From positions 1 to 64,000 of the forward strand of contig JBBRLQ010000027.1 in assembly GCA_038231275.1 (NCBI GenBank): a DNA stretch of 64,000 bases, read 5' to 3'. Shown here one piece after another: positions 6,637-18,808 of the stretch. This stretch comes from Polyangiales bacterium. Lineage in GTDB: Bacteria; Myxococcota_A; Polyangia; Polyangiales; Polyangiaceae. Each line of letters starts with the position of its first letter. Position 1 is the stretch's first letter. The notes under the pieces were generated by a model. It was given only the letters and a program-made list of their open reading frames with translations, had not been told where the DNA came from and made no database searches. The position numbers were made by a program, and so were the translations under genes.

Positions 6637-7773
6637 ATGACCGTCCCCGATCGAGATCTCGTCGCGCGCGCGCGTACGGCGGCTGCCGTGGTCGCGCCGC
6701 TCGCCGCGCAAATCGAGGCCGATCGTCGCCTCCCCGACGCCGCCGTCAAAGCGCTCATCGAGGCCGGAGTCTACAAATTGTTCACGCCGCGGGCGCTCGG
6801 CGGCGCCGAAGCATCGCTCGACGTGGCGGCGCTCGCCCTCGAGGAGATCGCGCGGGCCGACGGCTCGGCGGGGTGGTGCGCGATGATCGGCGCGACGGCG
6901 AGCCTCGTCAGCATCTACCTGGGTGACGCCGAAGCGCGCGAGATCTTCGGCCCTGCGGACGCCGTGGCGTGCGGCGTGTTCGCGCCCACCGGACGCGCCA
7001 CCCCCGCGGAGGGCGGTTACCGCGTCACCGGGCGATGGGCGTTCGCGAGCGGCTGCCAGAACGCTGGGTGGCGCATGGGCGGAACCGTCGTCGCCGGCGA
7101 CGCTCCCCTGCCGAGCGGCGCGCCGAACGTGCGCTGCATGATGTTCCGCGCGAGCGAGACCGGCATCCACGACACCTGGCACACGAGCGGTCTTCGCGGC
7201 ACCGGGAGTCACGACCTGGAAGTGAGCGACGTCTTCGTACCGAGCGGGCGCGCCTTCTCGATGATCACGGACAAGCCGCGCCACGAAGGACCGACGTACG
7301 CGATCTCTCCGTTCGGAGTGCTCGCCACGTGCATCGCGTCCGTCGCGATCGGGATCGCGCGCGGTGCCGCCGACGCGTTCCTCGAGCTCGCCACCGCGAA
7401 GCAACCGCTCGGCAGCAAGCGGACGATCGCACACCGCGAGCTCGTCCAGCTCGGCGTCGCGAAGACCGAGGCCACGATCCGCGGCGCCCGCGCCCTCCTT
7501 CAGGACGCGGTCGGCGAGGCGCTCCGAGAGCCTTCCCTCCGCTCACGCGCCCAGCTCCGCGCCGCGGCCGCGTACGCGACCGCGCAGGCCGCCGCCGCCG
7601 TTGATCTCGCATACGAGGCCGGCGGCGCGACGTCGATCTACACGAAGAACCCTCTCCAGCGGCACTTCCGCGACGTGCACGTCGCCACGCAGCACGTCAT
7701 GGTCGGCCCCGTCGCCTCCACGATGGCCGGCCGCGTCCTCCTCGGCCTCGAGTCGGACGCAAGCCTGCTCTAG
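6637..7773 (+). CDS. Acyl-CoA dehydrogenase-fold flavin-dependent hydroxylase (HsaA-like)
   Basis: GRWAFASGC, DTWHTSGLRGTGSHD, LQRHFRDVH. Confidence 0.87.
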   Translation: MTVPDRDLVARARTAAAVVAPLAAQIEADRRLPDAAVKALIEAGVYKLFTPRALGGAEASLDVAALALEEIARADGSAGWCAMIGATASLVSIYLGDAEAREIFGPADAVACGVFAPTGRATPAEGGYRVTGRWAFASGCQNAGWRMGGTVVAGDAPLPSGAPNVRCMMFRASETGIHDTWHTSGLRGTGSHDLEVSDVFVPSGRAFSMITDKPRHEGPTYAISPFGVLATCIASVAIGIARGAADAFLELATAKQPLGSKRTIAHRELVQLGVAKTEATIRGARALLQDAVGEALREPSLRSRAQLRAAAAYATAQAAAAVDLAYEAGGATSIYTKNPLQRHFRDVHVATQHVMVGPVASTMAGRVLLGLESDASLL

Positions 7774-7774
7774 A

Positions 7775-8944
<1,170 letters not shown>

Positions 8945-8946
8945 GA

Positions 8947-11319
8947 TTAATTCCTCAGCGGCTTGTTGTTCATGAGCATGTACTGCATGCGCTCTTGGCT
9001 CTTCGGCTCGCCGCACAGGCTGACGAAGGCCTCGAGCTCGAGCTCGAGCATTTCGCTCTCGGTGACCTCGCGCGCCGCGCCGCCGATGCCGCCGCACAGG
9101 ACGACGGCGAGCTTACGGGCGATCTTGGCGTCGTGCTCGCTGGCGAAGCCGCCGTGCACGAGCGTGTCGACCATCATGTGGAGCGTCGCGATGCCGCTCT
9201 CGCCGGGCAACGTGTACGCGCGCGGCGTGGGCGGATGGTAGTTGCTGGCCGCGAGCCCGATGACGCGCGCCTTGGCGTCCGTGAGCTGGCGGGCGCGATC
9301 GAACGACACGCCGTCGTTCTTGCGGAAATACCCGAGCGCCTTTGCCTCCTCGGCGCTGGTCGCCACCTTGGCGAGGGCGATGTTCTTGAACGTCTGCGTC
9401 ACGTACTCGTACGTGTTGACGTTCGCCCCCTCGGGGATGCCCTCGAGCGCGCGCCACAGCATGTTCATGTTGCCGCCGCCGCCCGGGATGATGCCGACGC
9501 CGACCTCGACGAGGCCTGAGTACGTCTCGGCCGCCGCCTGCACCGCGTCGCTCGCGAGGCAGAGCTCGAGCCCGCCGCCGAGCGTCATGCCGTACGGCGC
9601 CGCCACGACCGGCACGCGCGCGTACTTCATCTTCTGCACCGCGACGTGCAGCGTCTTGACCATCTCGCGGATCTGCTCGAACTGCCCTTGGCTCGCCGCC
9701 ATCACGACGAGAAGGAGGTTCGCGCCGACGCAGAAGTGGTCGCCGTCGTTGGTGAGCACGAGGCCGCGGAAATCACGCTCCGCGCGGTCCACCGCCTGGC
9801 CGAGCATCGTGATGACGTCGGCGTCGATGCTGTTCATCTTCGTCTTGAAGCGAAGCGCCAATACCCCGTCGCCGATGTCCCACGCCTCGGCGCCGTCGTT
9901 TTTGAGGACCGGAGACGCGCCCCTTCGCAGGATTTCGAGCGTCGCGTAGCGCGGGTCTTCCTTCTTCGCGACGTACTTTCCGGCCGCGAGATCGAAGACC
10001 TCGTTGCCCTTGTAGAAGGCCGTCGCGCCGCTCGCCTTCATCTTGGCGATGGACTCGGGCAGCTTGATGCCGTCCTTCTGCATGCGGTCGACGGTCGGAG
10101 CGAAGCCGAGCGCGTCCCACGTCTCGAAGGGGCCGAGCTCCCAGTTGTAGCCCCAGCGCATGGCGTCATCGACGCTCGCGACGTCGTCGGCGATCTCGCC
10201 CATGCGCCGCGCCGAGTAGGCGAGCGACTTGGAGAGGACCTTCCACGCGAACTGCCCGGCCTTGCCCGGATCGCTGGCGAGCTTCTTCACGCGCTCCTTC
10301 GGATCCTCGACCTTGGACAGCGACTTGGTCGTGTTCTTGATCTCGGCGTCGCCGCCCTTGGCGCGGTACTCGAGCGTCTTGGGATCGAGCGTCTGGATCT
10401 GCTTGTCGGCGCCCTTCTTGTAGAAGCCGCCCTTGGTCTTGTCGCCGAGGAGCTTCTTCTCGACCATCGCGCGGATGTACGCGGGGACCTTGAAGACCTC
10501 GCGGTCCTCGTCCTCGCCCAGCGCGGCGTAGCAGTTGTCGGCGACGTGGACGAACGTGTCGAGGCCGACGAGATCGGCGGTGCGGAAGCTCGCGCTCTTG
10601 GGGTGGGCCATCGGCGAGCCGGTGATGTTGTCGACGTCCTCGGGGGAGAGGCCGTCTTCGAGCATCTGGTGAATGGTCGCCATCATGGCGTGCGCGCCGA
10701 TGCGGTTGCCCACGAAATTCGGCGTGTCCTTGCCGCGGACGATGCCCTTCCCGAGGACGTCGGCGCCGAACGACGCGACGCGGTCGTACGTCTCCTTCGA
10801 CGTGTCGGGGCCGGTCACGAGCTCGAGGAGCTTCATGTACCGCACCGGGTTGAAAAAGTGCACGACGAGGAACCGGCTCTTGAACGACGCCGAGCGCCCT
10901 TCGACCATGTCCTTGATGCGCAGGCCCGACGTGTTCGACGCGAGGATGCAGTCGTCGTGCACGATCTTCTCGAGCTTCTCGAAGAGGGCGCGCTTCACGT
11001 CGATGCGCTCGAGCACCGCCTCGATGATGAAGTCGCACGACGCGAGCTTCGCGAGATCGTCCTCGGTGTTCCCGATCTCGACGAGCCGCGCGTTCGCCTT
11101 GTGGAAGAACGCGGCAGGCCGCGCCTTCAGCGCCTTGTCGAGCCCCCCGGCCGAGAAGCGGTTGCGCGCCGCGCGATCGGTCTTCTCGTTGTCCTTCAGA
11201 TCCGGCGGGACGATGTCGAGGAGCAGCACCTCGAGGCCCGCGTTCGCAAAATGCGCCGCGATGCCGCTGCCCATCACACCTGCCCCGATGACGCCACAGC
11301 GGCGAATCGGCTTGCTCAT
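8947..11319 (-). CDS. 3-hydroxyacyl-CoA dehydrogenase / enoyl-CoA hydratase (FadN-type)
   Basis: [20 protein letters not shown]-terminal crotonase LGGGLE and [18 protein letters not shown]. Confidence 0.95.
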   Translation of the reverse strand: MSKPIRRCGVIGAGVMGSGIAAHFANAGLEVLLLDIVPPDLKDNEKTDRAARNRFSAGGLDKALKARPAAFFHKANARLVEIGNTEDDLAKLASCDFIIEAVLERIDVKRALFEKLEKIVHDDCILASNTSGLRIKDMVEGRSASFKSRFLVVHFFNPVRYMKLLELVTGPDTSKETYDRVASFGADVLGKGIVRGKDTPNFVGNRIGAHAMMATIHQMLEDGLSPEDVDNITGSPMAHPKSASFRTADLVGLDTFVHVADNCYAALGEDEDREVFKVPAYIRAMVEKKLLGDKTKGGFYKKGADKQIQTLDPKTLEYRAKGGDAEIKNTTKSLSKVEDPKERVKKLASDPGKAGQFAWKVLSKSLAYSARRMGEIADDVASVDDAMRWGYNWELGPFETWDALGFAPTVDRMQKDGIKLPESIAKMKASGATAFYKGNEVFDLAAGKYVAKKEDPRYATLEILRRGASPVLKNDGAEAWDIGDGVLALRFKTKMNSIDADVITMLGQAVDRAERDFRGLVLTNDGDHFCVGANLLLVVMAASQGQFEQIREMVKTLHVAVQKMKYARVPVVAAPYGMTLGGGLELCLASDAVQAAAETYSGLVEVGVGIIPGGGGNMNMLWRALEGIPEGANVNTYEYVTQTFKNIALAKVATSAEEAKALGYFRKNDGVSFDRARQLTDAKARVIGLAASNYHPPTPRAYTLPGESGIATLHMMVDTLVHGGFASEHDAKIARKLAVVLCGGIGGAAREVTESEMLELELEAFVSLCGEPKSQERMQYMLMNNKPLRN

Positions 11320-11416
11320 GACTGACTCCTTTGGGGGCGCGGAGCTTAGAGCGAACGGCGTTTGCACGGAACGGGCAAACGACGGCAGCGACCCACCCGA
11401 TGGCTCGCGCAAGCCC

Positions 11417-13036
11417 TCAGGGGTCGACGAGTACGCCGGGGTTAAGCACAGCCATGGGATCTACGGCCTTTTTTGCGGCACGCAGGGCCAGGGCGAACGG
11501 ATCGGGGCGCTCGCGATCGTACCAAGGGCGGTGCGTGCGGCCCACGGCGTGATGGTGGGTGATCGTCGCGCCGCACGCCGAGAGCGCGTCGCTCGCGGCC
11601 TTCTTGATGGCGGCCCACTGCTCGAGCTCGTGCCCCTCACGCGCGGCGCCGACGAACGTGTAATACGGCGCGGGGCCGTCCGGATAGACGTGCGTGAAGC
11701 GGCACGTCACGACGCCGCCGCCGCACTCGCGACCCAGAGCGTCGAGGACTGCGCGCTTCACCTGCTTGTGAAGCGCGGGAAATTTGTCCCACGTGCAGGC
11801 CGTCTCGAAGGTGTCGGCGAGGACACCCAACGTGACGAGCGCGCTCTGGAGATACGGCGCGTCGAAGAACGCGCGGCGCCAGCTCGTGGCCGTCTCGTTC
11901 GCGCGCGCGGTCTCGCCTTCGTCGGCGTAGACGGGCGGGCTCGAGCACGCGCCGCCGTGCGCCGTCGCGAGGGCGAGGGCACGCTCCATCCACGGCGCGA
12001 GCGGGTGATCGGCGGACTCGAACGCGAGGAGGAGCACATTCTTGCCGTCGCTGGGCACGCCGTGGAGGAGCGCCTCGCGGGCGTCGAGAAGTCGACAGTT
12101 CGACGGATAGAGACCGGCCTGCGCGATCGCCCGGCACGCCTCCGCGCCTTCGGCGAATGTTGCATAATACACGCTCACCGAGGCTCGAAAACGCGGGCGC
12201 GGCACGACGCGGAGCCACGCCTGGGTGATGACGCCGAGGATGCCTTCGGAGCCGAGCGCGAGGCGATCGGGGCTCGGGCCGGCGCCGGACGCGGGAAGTC
12301 GCCGCGACTCCCAGACCCCCCGCGGCGTGACCATGCGGATCGACTCGACGAAATCGTCGATGTGCGTGAGGAGCGTCGCGTAGTGGCCGCCGGCGCGCGT
12401 CGCGATCCATCCGCCGACCGTCGAGAGCTCGAAGCTCTGGGGGAAGTGCCGCAGCGTGAGGCCGTGCGCCGCGAGCTGCTCCTCGAGGACGGGACCGGTC
12501 GCGCCCGCTTGCACCAACGCCGCGCGCGAGACGGCGTCGACCGCCAGGACGCGATCCATCGCCGTGAGATCCAGGCTCGCCACGCCGCGAAAGCCGCTCG
12601 GGAGCGGACACTCGACGCCGCCGACCACGCTCGTGCCGCCGCCGAACGGGACGATGCACACCTTCTCTTCTTCTGCCCACGCGAGCGCGTCGGCCACGTC
12701 GTCGTCGGTGCGCGGCGCGAGGACCAGATCGGGCGCCGTTGCGAAATCGAGACGAAACGCGCGGACGACGTCTCGGTAGCTGCGGCCGTACGTGTGGAGC
12801 GCGCGGTCGCGCGGGTCAACGGATGCGAGCGCGGCGAGCGACGCGGGCGCCCCGACGCGCGGCACCGGCAGACGAAGATTCGAGAAGGAAGGGAGCGCGC
12901 GCGGCATGCACGCGACACCGAGGACGGCGCTCACCTGCTCGGCGAGCGCGCGGCGCGCGGCGTCGTCGGGAAATTTGTCCTCGTAGCCCCAGGCCCAAAA
13001 GCTGCGAGAACGCGCGGACGCTGCGGACGTCATCAC
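11417..13036 (-). CDS. FAD-binding oxidoreductase (alkyl-DHAP synthase-like)
   Basis: PFGGGTSVVGG, HFPQSFELSTVGGWIATR, THHHAVG, LNPG. Confidence 0.88.
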   Translation of the reverse strand: MMTSAASARSRSFWAWGYEDKFPDDAARRALAEQVSAVLGVACMPRALPSFSNLRLPVPRVGAPASLAALASVDPRDRALHTYGRSYRDVVRAFRLDFATAPDLVLAPRTDDDVADALAWAEEEKVCIVPFGGGTSVVGGVECPLPSGFRGVASLDLTAMDRVLAVDAVSRAALVQAGATGPVLEEQLAAHGLTLRHFPQSFELSTVGGWIATRAGGHYATLLTHIDDFVESIRMVTPRGVWESRRLPASGAGPSPDRLALGSEGILGVITQAWLRVVPRPRFRASVSVYYATFAEGAEACRAIAQAGLYPSNCRLLDAREALLHGVPSDGKNVLLLAFESADHPLAPWMERALALATAHGGACSSPPVYADEGETARANETATSWRRAFFDAPYLQSALVTLGVLADTFETACTWDKFPALHKQVKRAVLDALGRECGGGVVTCRFTHVYPDGPAPYYTFVGAAREGHELEQWAAIKKAASDALSACGATITHHHAVGRTHRPWYDRERPDPFALALRAAKKAVDPMAVLNPGVLVDP

Positions 13037-13042
13037 GCGACG

Positions 13043-14533
13043 CTACGCCGTGGCGGCGCGCGCGGCGAGGGACTGCTTGTCGATCTTGCCGACCGGCGTG
13101 CGCGGCAGCTCGGGCGCGATCACGATCGTCTTCGGCACCTTGTATCCGGCGAGGCGCCCACGGAGGAAGGCGCGCAGCGTCTCGGCCGTCAATTCCTCGC
13201 CCTCCCCTTCCAGCGCGCGGAGGACGACGAACGCGACGCCCACCTCTCCCCATTTCGGGTCGGCGATCGCGACGACGGCGGCCTCGGCGACCTGCGGGTG
13301 CTCGCACGTGGCGATCTCCACCTCCGCCGGGTACACGTTCTCGCCGCCGGAGATGAACATCTCCTTCTTGCGCCCCGCGACGAACCATCCGCGCTCCGTC
13401 GCGCGGAGGACGTCGCCGGTGTGGAGCCATCCGCCCGCGAGCGCCGTCGCGGTCGCTTGCGGATCGTTCAAATAGCCCGAAAAAAGCTGTTCGCCGCGGA
13501 GGAGCAGCTCGCCGGGATGTCCGGGCGGAACGTCCGCGCCGTCCTCGCCGATGAGGCGCGCCTCGAGGCCGAACGTCGGCGCGCCGACCGAGCCGCGCTC
13601 GGCGCCGTCGAGCGGGCGAAAGCAGTTCGGTCCGCACTCGGTCATTCCGAAGCCTTGAAGCAAGCGCAGGCCTTTGCGGTCAAACGCGCCCTGGAGCGAC
13701 GGAGGACACGGCGCGCCTCCCGTGACCCAAAGGCGCACGACGCTCTTGTCGACGAAACCTCCCGCGAGGAGGCGCTCGATCATCGTCGGCACGCCGAACG
13801 ACACTGTGCACCGCTCTGCGATCAGCGCCTCCGCCGACGCGTTGGCCTCGAAGCGCGGGAGCACCGCGACGCGACCGCCTACATAGAGGAGCGGCGTCGC
13901 CAGGACGTTGAGCCCGCCGGTGTGAAAGAGCGGCGCGTCGACGAGCGCGACGTCGGCATCGGTGAGCTCCCAGGCGCGGCGCGTGCTCTCGGCGTTCGCT
14001 GCGATGGCGCGCGCGGGCAAGATGGCCCCCTTGGGGCGACCGGTCGTGCCCGACGTGAAGAGGATGACGAGCGCGTCGTCGAGTGTGCCGTCGACCGCGT
14101 CGTAGCCGACGTCGGCGAGGAGGTCTTCGTCGGTGAGGCGCGCGCGCGGGACGTCGGCGGACGCGAGGACCGCCGCGTGCGTCTCGTCGACGAAGAGCAC
14201 CTTGGGGTCGGCGATCTTGACGACGGGCTCGAGCTCCCGCTCCGTGAGGCGCAGGTTCAAAGGAACGATGGCGGCCCCCAGCATCGACGCCGCGACGAGC
14301 AGCTCGAAAGTGCGCACATCGTTGAGCGCGAGGATGGCGACGCGATCGCCGCGCTTCACCCCGTGGCGATCGCGCAAGAGCCGCGCGATGCGTGAGCTCC
14401 GAGCCGCGAGCTCGCGGTACGTTCGGCGCTCGACGGCGGCGACGGAGACGAGCGCGATCGCTTCCGGGCGGCTCTGCGCGTGTGCCTGGACGATGGCGGC
14501 GAGCGGGACCATCTCGGACGAATCGCCCACCAA
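13043..14533 (-). CDS. Acyl-CoA synthetase (AMP-binding)
   Basis: FTSGTTGRPKG, GFGMTE, WLHTGD, GGENVYPAEVE, GKIDK. Confidence 0.92.
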   Translation of the reverse strand: MVGDSSEMVPLAAIVQAHAQSRPEAIALVSVAAVERRTYRELAARSSRIARLLRDRHGVKRGDRVAILALNDVRTFELLVAASMLGAAIVPLNLRLTERELEPVVKIADPKVLFVDETHAAVLASADVPRARLTDEDLLADVGYDAVDGTLDDALVILFTSGTTGRPKGAILPARAIAANAESTRRAWELTDADVALVDAPLFHTGGLNVLATPLLYVGGRVAVLPRFEANASAEALIAERCTVSFGVPTMIERLLAGGFVDKSVVRLWVTGGAPCPPSLQGAFDRKGLRLLQGFGMTECGPNCFRPLDGAERGSVGAPTFGLEARLIGEDGADVPPGHPGELLLRGEQLFSGYLNDPQATATALAGGWLHTGDVLRATERGWFVAGRKKEMFISGGENVYPAEVEIATCEHPQVAEAAVVAIADPKWGEVGVAFVVLRALEGEGEELTAETLRAFLRGRLAGYKVPKTIVIAPELPRTPVGKIDKQSLAARAATA

Positions 14534-14596
14534 CGACGCGCTGTCAACAAGAGCGAGTACCCAGGCGCACGTCGAGTTTTGCTACCCTCCCGTACC

Positions 14597-15412
14597 ATGG
14601 CAAAGCCCTCGCGCTCCCCCACCGACGAAGCCCTCGACCAGGTGCGTGACGTCTGCTTCGCGTTCGCAGGTGCCGAGGAGAAGATGTCGCACGGCGCGCC
14701 GTCGTTTCACGTGAAGGGGAAGATGTTCCTCATGTTCGCCGACGATCACCACGGCGACGGGCGCGTCGCGGTGTGGTGCAAGGCGAGCATGGAGGAGCAG
14801 AAGCGCCTCGTGGCGAGCGACCCCATGCGGTACTTCGTGCCGCCCTACGTCGGCGTGAAGGGTTGGGTCGGCGTGCGCGTCGACGGCGGTCGGGCCGACT
14901 ACGTCGACCTCGCGATCCTCGTCGAGGCCGGGTGGCTCTCGGTCGCGCCGCCGCGGTACGCGCGCGAGCCGGGCGCCGCGCCGAAGATCGTGCGCAAGCC
15001 GGCGCCGCCGCTGCCGACGACCGATCCGAAGGTGGCGCGCGCAGCGCTCGAGCGCCTGAGCGCGCTCTGCCTCGCGCAGGCCGAGGCGACGCGCGAGACG
15101 GAGGCGAGACACGCGACGTTCCGCGTGCGCAAAAAAGTCTTCGCGTACTTCCTCGACAACCACCACCGCGACGGCGTCATTTCGGCGTGCGTGCGCGTGC
15201 CGATGAAGGAGCACGCGCGCGCGATCGCCCAGGATTCCAAGCGTTTTTACTCACCGGCGTACATCGGACCGAAGGGGTGGCTCGGGATCCGCCTCGACGC
15301 GAAAAAGGTCGACTGGAAGGATGTGGAGGAGCGCGTGGCCGCGAGCTGGGCGTCGGCGGCTCCGAAGTCGCTCGCGAAGGTGTCGACGCCGTCGCGGCGC
15401 GGGGCTAGATAG
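14597..15412 (+). CDS. Tandem MmcQ/YjbR-domain protein
   Basis: Two repeats, DDHHGDG...PPYVGVKGWVGVR and DNHHRDG...PAYIGPKGWLGIR. Confidence 0.85.
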   Translation: MAKPSRSPTDEALDQVRDVCFAFAGAEEKMSHGAPSFHVKGKMFLMFADDHHGDGRVAVWCKASMEEQKRLVASDPMRYFVPPYVGVKGWVGVRVDGGRADYVDLAILVEAGWLSVAPPRYAREPGAAPKIVRKPAPPLPTTDPKVARAALERLSALCLAQAEATRETEARHATFRVRKKVFAYFLDNHHRDGVISACVRVPMKEHARAIAQDSKRFYSPAYIGPKGWLGIRLDAKKVDWKDVEERVAASWASAAPKSLAKVSTPSRRGAR

Positions 15413-15417
15413 CGCCC

Positions 15418-17628
15418 ATGCGAACGCGTACCTGCCTCGTCCTCGCCCCGGTCCTCTTCCTCGCGTGCGGCGGAGGCGATCTCCCGACGCCGACCACGCC
15501 GACCACGGCCGCGAAGACCGCGGAGACATCGACGACGGCCAAGCCGCCGGCGCACGGGAGCGCGTATCCGGACTCTCCGAAGAAGCCGGTCGTCGACGAG
15601 TACTTCGGCACGAAGGTGATCGACGACTACCGCTGGATGGAGGACGCGAAGGACCCCGGCGTCGCCGCGTGGACCGACGCGCAGAACCGCGAAACGCGCG
15701 GCAAGCTCGACGCGATGGAGGCCCGCCCCAAGGTGCGCGCGCGCGTCGCCGAGCTCCTGTCGCAGCGCCCCGCCTCGTTCGACGAGGTCACCACCGTCGG
15801 CGAGCAGGTCTTCGCGCTGAAGACCCAGCCGCCGAAGCAGCAGCCGATGCTCGTCCTCTACACCGACGCGACGAAGCAGACCGAGAAGGTCGTCCTCGAT
15901 CCGAACGTCGTCGACGCGACCGGCAAGACGGCGATCGATTTCTTCGTCCCGTCGCGCGACGGCAAGAAGGTCGCGGTGTCGCTCTCCGTCGGCGGCTCCG
16001 AAGCCGGCGACGTGCGCATCTACGACGTCGCGACCGGCAAAGACGCGCCCGACGTCCTCCCCCACGTGAACGGCGGCACCGCGGGCGGAAGCGTCGCGTG
16101 GAACGCCGACGGGACCGGCCTCTTCTACACGCGGTACCCGCGCGAGGGCGAGCGCCCGAAGGCCGACCTCGACTTCTACCAGCAGCTCTACTTCCACAAG
16201 CTCGGCACGCCGATCGCGAGCGACAGCTACGTGCTCGGCAAGGATCTCCCGCGCATCGCCGAGATCAAGGTGACGACGAGCGGCGACGGCAAGACGATCC
16301 TCGCCGCGGTGGAGAACGGCGACGGCGGCGAGTTCGCGTTCTACGTGAGCGACGACAAGGGCGTCTTCTCCCAGATCGCGCGCTTCGAGGACAAGATCGT
16401 CGACGCGCGCTTCGGCGCGGACGGCGCGCTCTATTTGCTCACGCGCAAGGGCGCTCCGAAGGGCGCGATCCACCGCCTCGCGAAGCCGTTCGCGACCAGC
16501 AAGGCGACCGTGGTCGTGCCCGAAGGCGACGGCGTCATCAAGCATTACGCGGCGACCAAATCGCACCTGTACGTCGCCGAGCTGCTCGGCGGCCCGTCAC
16601 GCCTTCGCGCGTTCACGCTGACGAACGGCAAGGCCGGAGCGCCCGAGGCGATCGAGCTCGCGTTCAAGATCGCCGGCGTAGGCGGGCTCGAAAAGATCGG
16701 CGGGGACGACGTCCTCTACCGGGCGGAGAGCTACACGAACGCCCCCGGTTGGTTCCGCTTCGCCGCGGCGACGAAGAAGAGCACGGCCACGCAGCTCGCC
16801 CAGGCGACGCCGTACTCCATGGACGACGTCGAGGTGGTACGCGAGACCTGCAAGTCGAAGGACGGCACCGACGTGCCGATGAGCGTCCTCCGCAAGAAGG
16901 GCCTCGCCCTCGACGGCACGAGCCCCGCGCTCCTCACCGGGTACGGCGGCTACGGCGTGAGCCGCACGCCGCGCCTCCGCCCGATGAACCGGCTGTGGCT
17001 CGACCAGGGCGGCGTCTTCGCCGAGGCCAACCTCCGCGGCGGCGGCGAGTTCGGTGAGGCGTGGCACGACGCGGGCAAGCTCGCGAACAAGCAAAACGTG
17101 TTCGACGACTTCTACGCGTGCGCGCAGGCGCTCGTCGCGAAGGGGTACACGAAGCCTGAGCGCCTCGCGGCGTACGGCGGATCGAACGGCGGGCTCCTCA
17201 TGGGCGCGCAGATCGTCCAGCACCCTGAGGCGTACCGCGCGGTCGTGTCGGCGGTCGGCATTTACGACATGCTGCGCGTCGAGACCACGCCCAACGGCGC
17301 GTTCAACGTGACCGAGTTCGGCTCGGTGAAGGACGAGAAGCTATTCCGCGCGCTCTTCGCCTACTCGCCGCTCCACAACGTCAAGGACGGCACGGCCTAC
17401 CCGTCGGTGCTCTTCATGACCGGCGCGAACGATCCGCGCGTCGAGCCCTACAACTCGCGCAAGATGACCGCGCGCCTCCAGGCGGCGTCGTCGTCGAACC
17501 ACCCGATCCTCATCCGCGCCGACGCGGACACCGGCCACGGCATCGGCACGCCGCTGAACGCCGCGATCGAGGAGAGCGCGGACATGTTCGCGTTCCTCAT
17601 GAACGAGCTTGGAATGCAGGCGAAGTAG
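15418..17628 (+). CDS. Prolyl oligopeptidase (S9A) lipoprotein
   Basis: GGSNGGLL nucleophile, NDPRV, GHG. Lipobox FLAC. Confidence 0.95.
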   Translation: MRTRTCLVLAPVLFLACGGGDLPTPTTPTTAAKTAETSTTAKPPAHGSAYPDSPKKPVVDEYFGTKVIDDYRWMEDAKDPGVAAWTDAQNRETRGKLDAMEARPKVRARVAELLSQRPASFDEVTTVGEQVFALKTQPPKQQPMLVLYTDATKQTEKVVLDPNVVDATGKTAIDFFVPSRDGKKVAVSLSVGGSEAGDVRIYDVATGKDAPDVLPHVNGGTAGGSVAWNADGTGLFYTRYPREGERPKADLDFYQQLYFHKLGTPIASDSYVLGKDLPRIAEIKVTTSGDGKTILAAVENGDGGEFAFYVSDDKGVFSQIARFEDKIVDARFGADGALYLLTRKGAPKGAIHRLAKPFATSKATVVVPEGDGVIKHYAATKSHLYVAELLGGPSRLRAFTLTNGKAGAPEAIELAFKIAGVGGLEKIGGDDVLYRAESYTNAPGWFRFAAATKKSTATQLAQATPYSMDDVEVVRETCKSKDGTDVPMSVLRKKGLALDGTSPALLTGYGGYGVSRTPRLRPMNRLWLDQGGVFAEANLRGGGEFGEAWHDAGKLANKQNVFDDFYACAQALVAKGYTKPERLAAYGGSNGGLLMGAQIVQHPEAYRAVVSAVGIYDMLRVETTPNGAFNVTEFGSVKDEKLFRALFAYSPLHNVKDGTAYPSVLFMTGANDPRVEPYNSRKMTARLQAASSSNHPILIRADADTGHGIGTPLNAAIEESADMFAFLMNELGMQAK

Positions 17629-17636
17629 CTCCGCGT

Positions 17637-18779
17637 CTAGAACCACGTCGTCATTCCCAACGTCACGGTGTCCTGCGCGCGCGCGTTCGCGACGTAGGGG
17701 CGCGCAGAGCTGCCGTCGCCGTCCACGAGGCCCGCGTAGAACGCCGGCGTCGCCGCGAGATCGTGGCGGTACTCGAGGCGCACCGACACGTGCTCGTGCG
17801 GGCGAAAATCGAGCGTCGCCGTCTCCGAGCTCACCCATCGCGTCGGCCAGAAAATCGGCGCCGCGATGCCGCTCGGGCCTTGCGCGCGCTTCTCGAAAAA
17901 GAGGTCACCGCGCCACGCGAGGAAGAGCCACTCGGTGAGCTTGGCACGCGCGTAGAGCGCGCCGGCGGCCCACCCCGACAGGCCCAGCCGATTCGGCTCC
18001 GCGCCGACGTCGGTGTACACGATGGCGGCGAGGCGCGGAGACAGCGTGATCTCGGTGAACACGTCGGCGAGGTGCCGCCACGGGTGCCCTTCAGGCGCGT
18101 CCCGCGGACGCTCGAGGCCGCCGAAGTACATCGCCGTCACTCTCACGTCGCGGGAGACCCGGCTCGAGAGCAGGAGGCTGACCGACTTGTTGCCGTCCGC
18201 GCCCACGATGTCGTTCCATCCGTTGAAGACGGCGAGCTGGAGCGCAGTCTCCGTCCCGAGCCGATGGGTTCCGCGTACGCCCGCGTGGTACGTCGGGAGG
18301 CCGCTCCACACGAGCGAGCGCGACCAGTTCCATTCGTCCTTGACCGCGAAATCCTCCATACCGAGCGGCGACAGAAAGATCCCTGCCTCGGTGAGGACGC
18401 CGGTGCCCAGCGGCACGTCGTAGCCGACGTACGCCTCCTGGACGAACGAGAAGCGGCGGTCGGCCGGCGAAATGTACGCGGGCCCGGTCTGGCCTGCCTG
18501 GAGCGCGATCCATCCAGACACGCGGCCGGTGTGGCCTTCGAGCTCGATAACCGCGTTTTGCAGGACGAACGAGTCGCTCCGCGAATCGAAATCCCGTAGC
18601 GCCGTCAGGTGATTCGACGGACGGTTCGCGTTGTACGACGTGTACGCCTCGACGTAGCCCCCAACCTCGAATCCCGGCGCGTCTCCCTGATGCGCGCGCT
18701 CGTCGACCTCCCGCTCGGCGTGGGCGCTCCGCACGACGAGGAGGATCCCCGCAACCCCGTGCGCGAAACGCCGCCTCAT
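17637..18779 (-). CDS. Outer-membrane beta-barrel porin (DUF1597/BBP2-like)
   Basis: Signal peptide, QEAYVGY, WNWSRS, RLEYRHD, C-terminal F. Confidence 0.8.
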   Translation of the reverse strand: MRRRFAHGVAGILLVVRSAHAEREVDERAHQGDAPGFEVGGYVEAYTSYNANRPSNHLTALRDFDSRSDSFVLQNAVIELEGHTGRVSGWIALQAGQTGPAYISPADRRFSFVQEAYVGYDVPLGTGVLTEAGIFLSPLGMEDFAVKDEWNWSRSLVWSGLPTYHAGVRGTHRLGTETALQLAVFNGWNDIVGADGNKSVSLLLSSRVSRDVRVTAMYFGGLERPRDAPEGHPWRHLADVFTEITLSPRLAAIVYTDVGAEPNRLGLSGWAAGALYARAKLTEWLFLAWRGDLFFEKRAQGPSGIAAPIFWPTRWVSSETATLDFRPHEHVSVRLEYRHDLAATPAFYAGLVDGDGSSARPYVANARAQDTVTLGMTTWF

Positions 18780-18808
18780 GCGCGCATCATCCTAGACCGA
18801 ACGCTGAA

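Noticed and set aside
10673..14395. 1240-aa + strand ORF
   Set aside because: Antisense shadow of fadN, the FAD oxidase and the ligase. Arg/Ala-rich with no motifs, typical of high-GC DNA.
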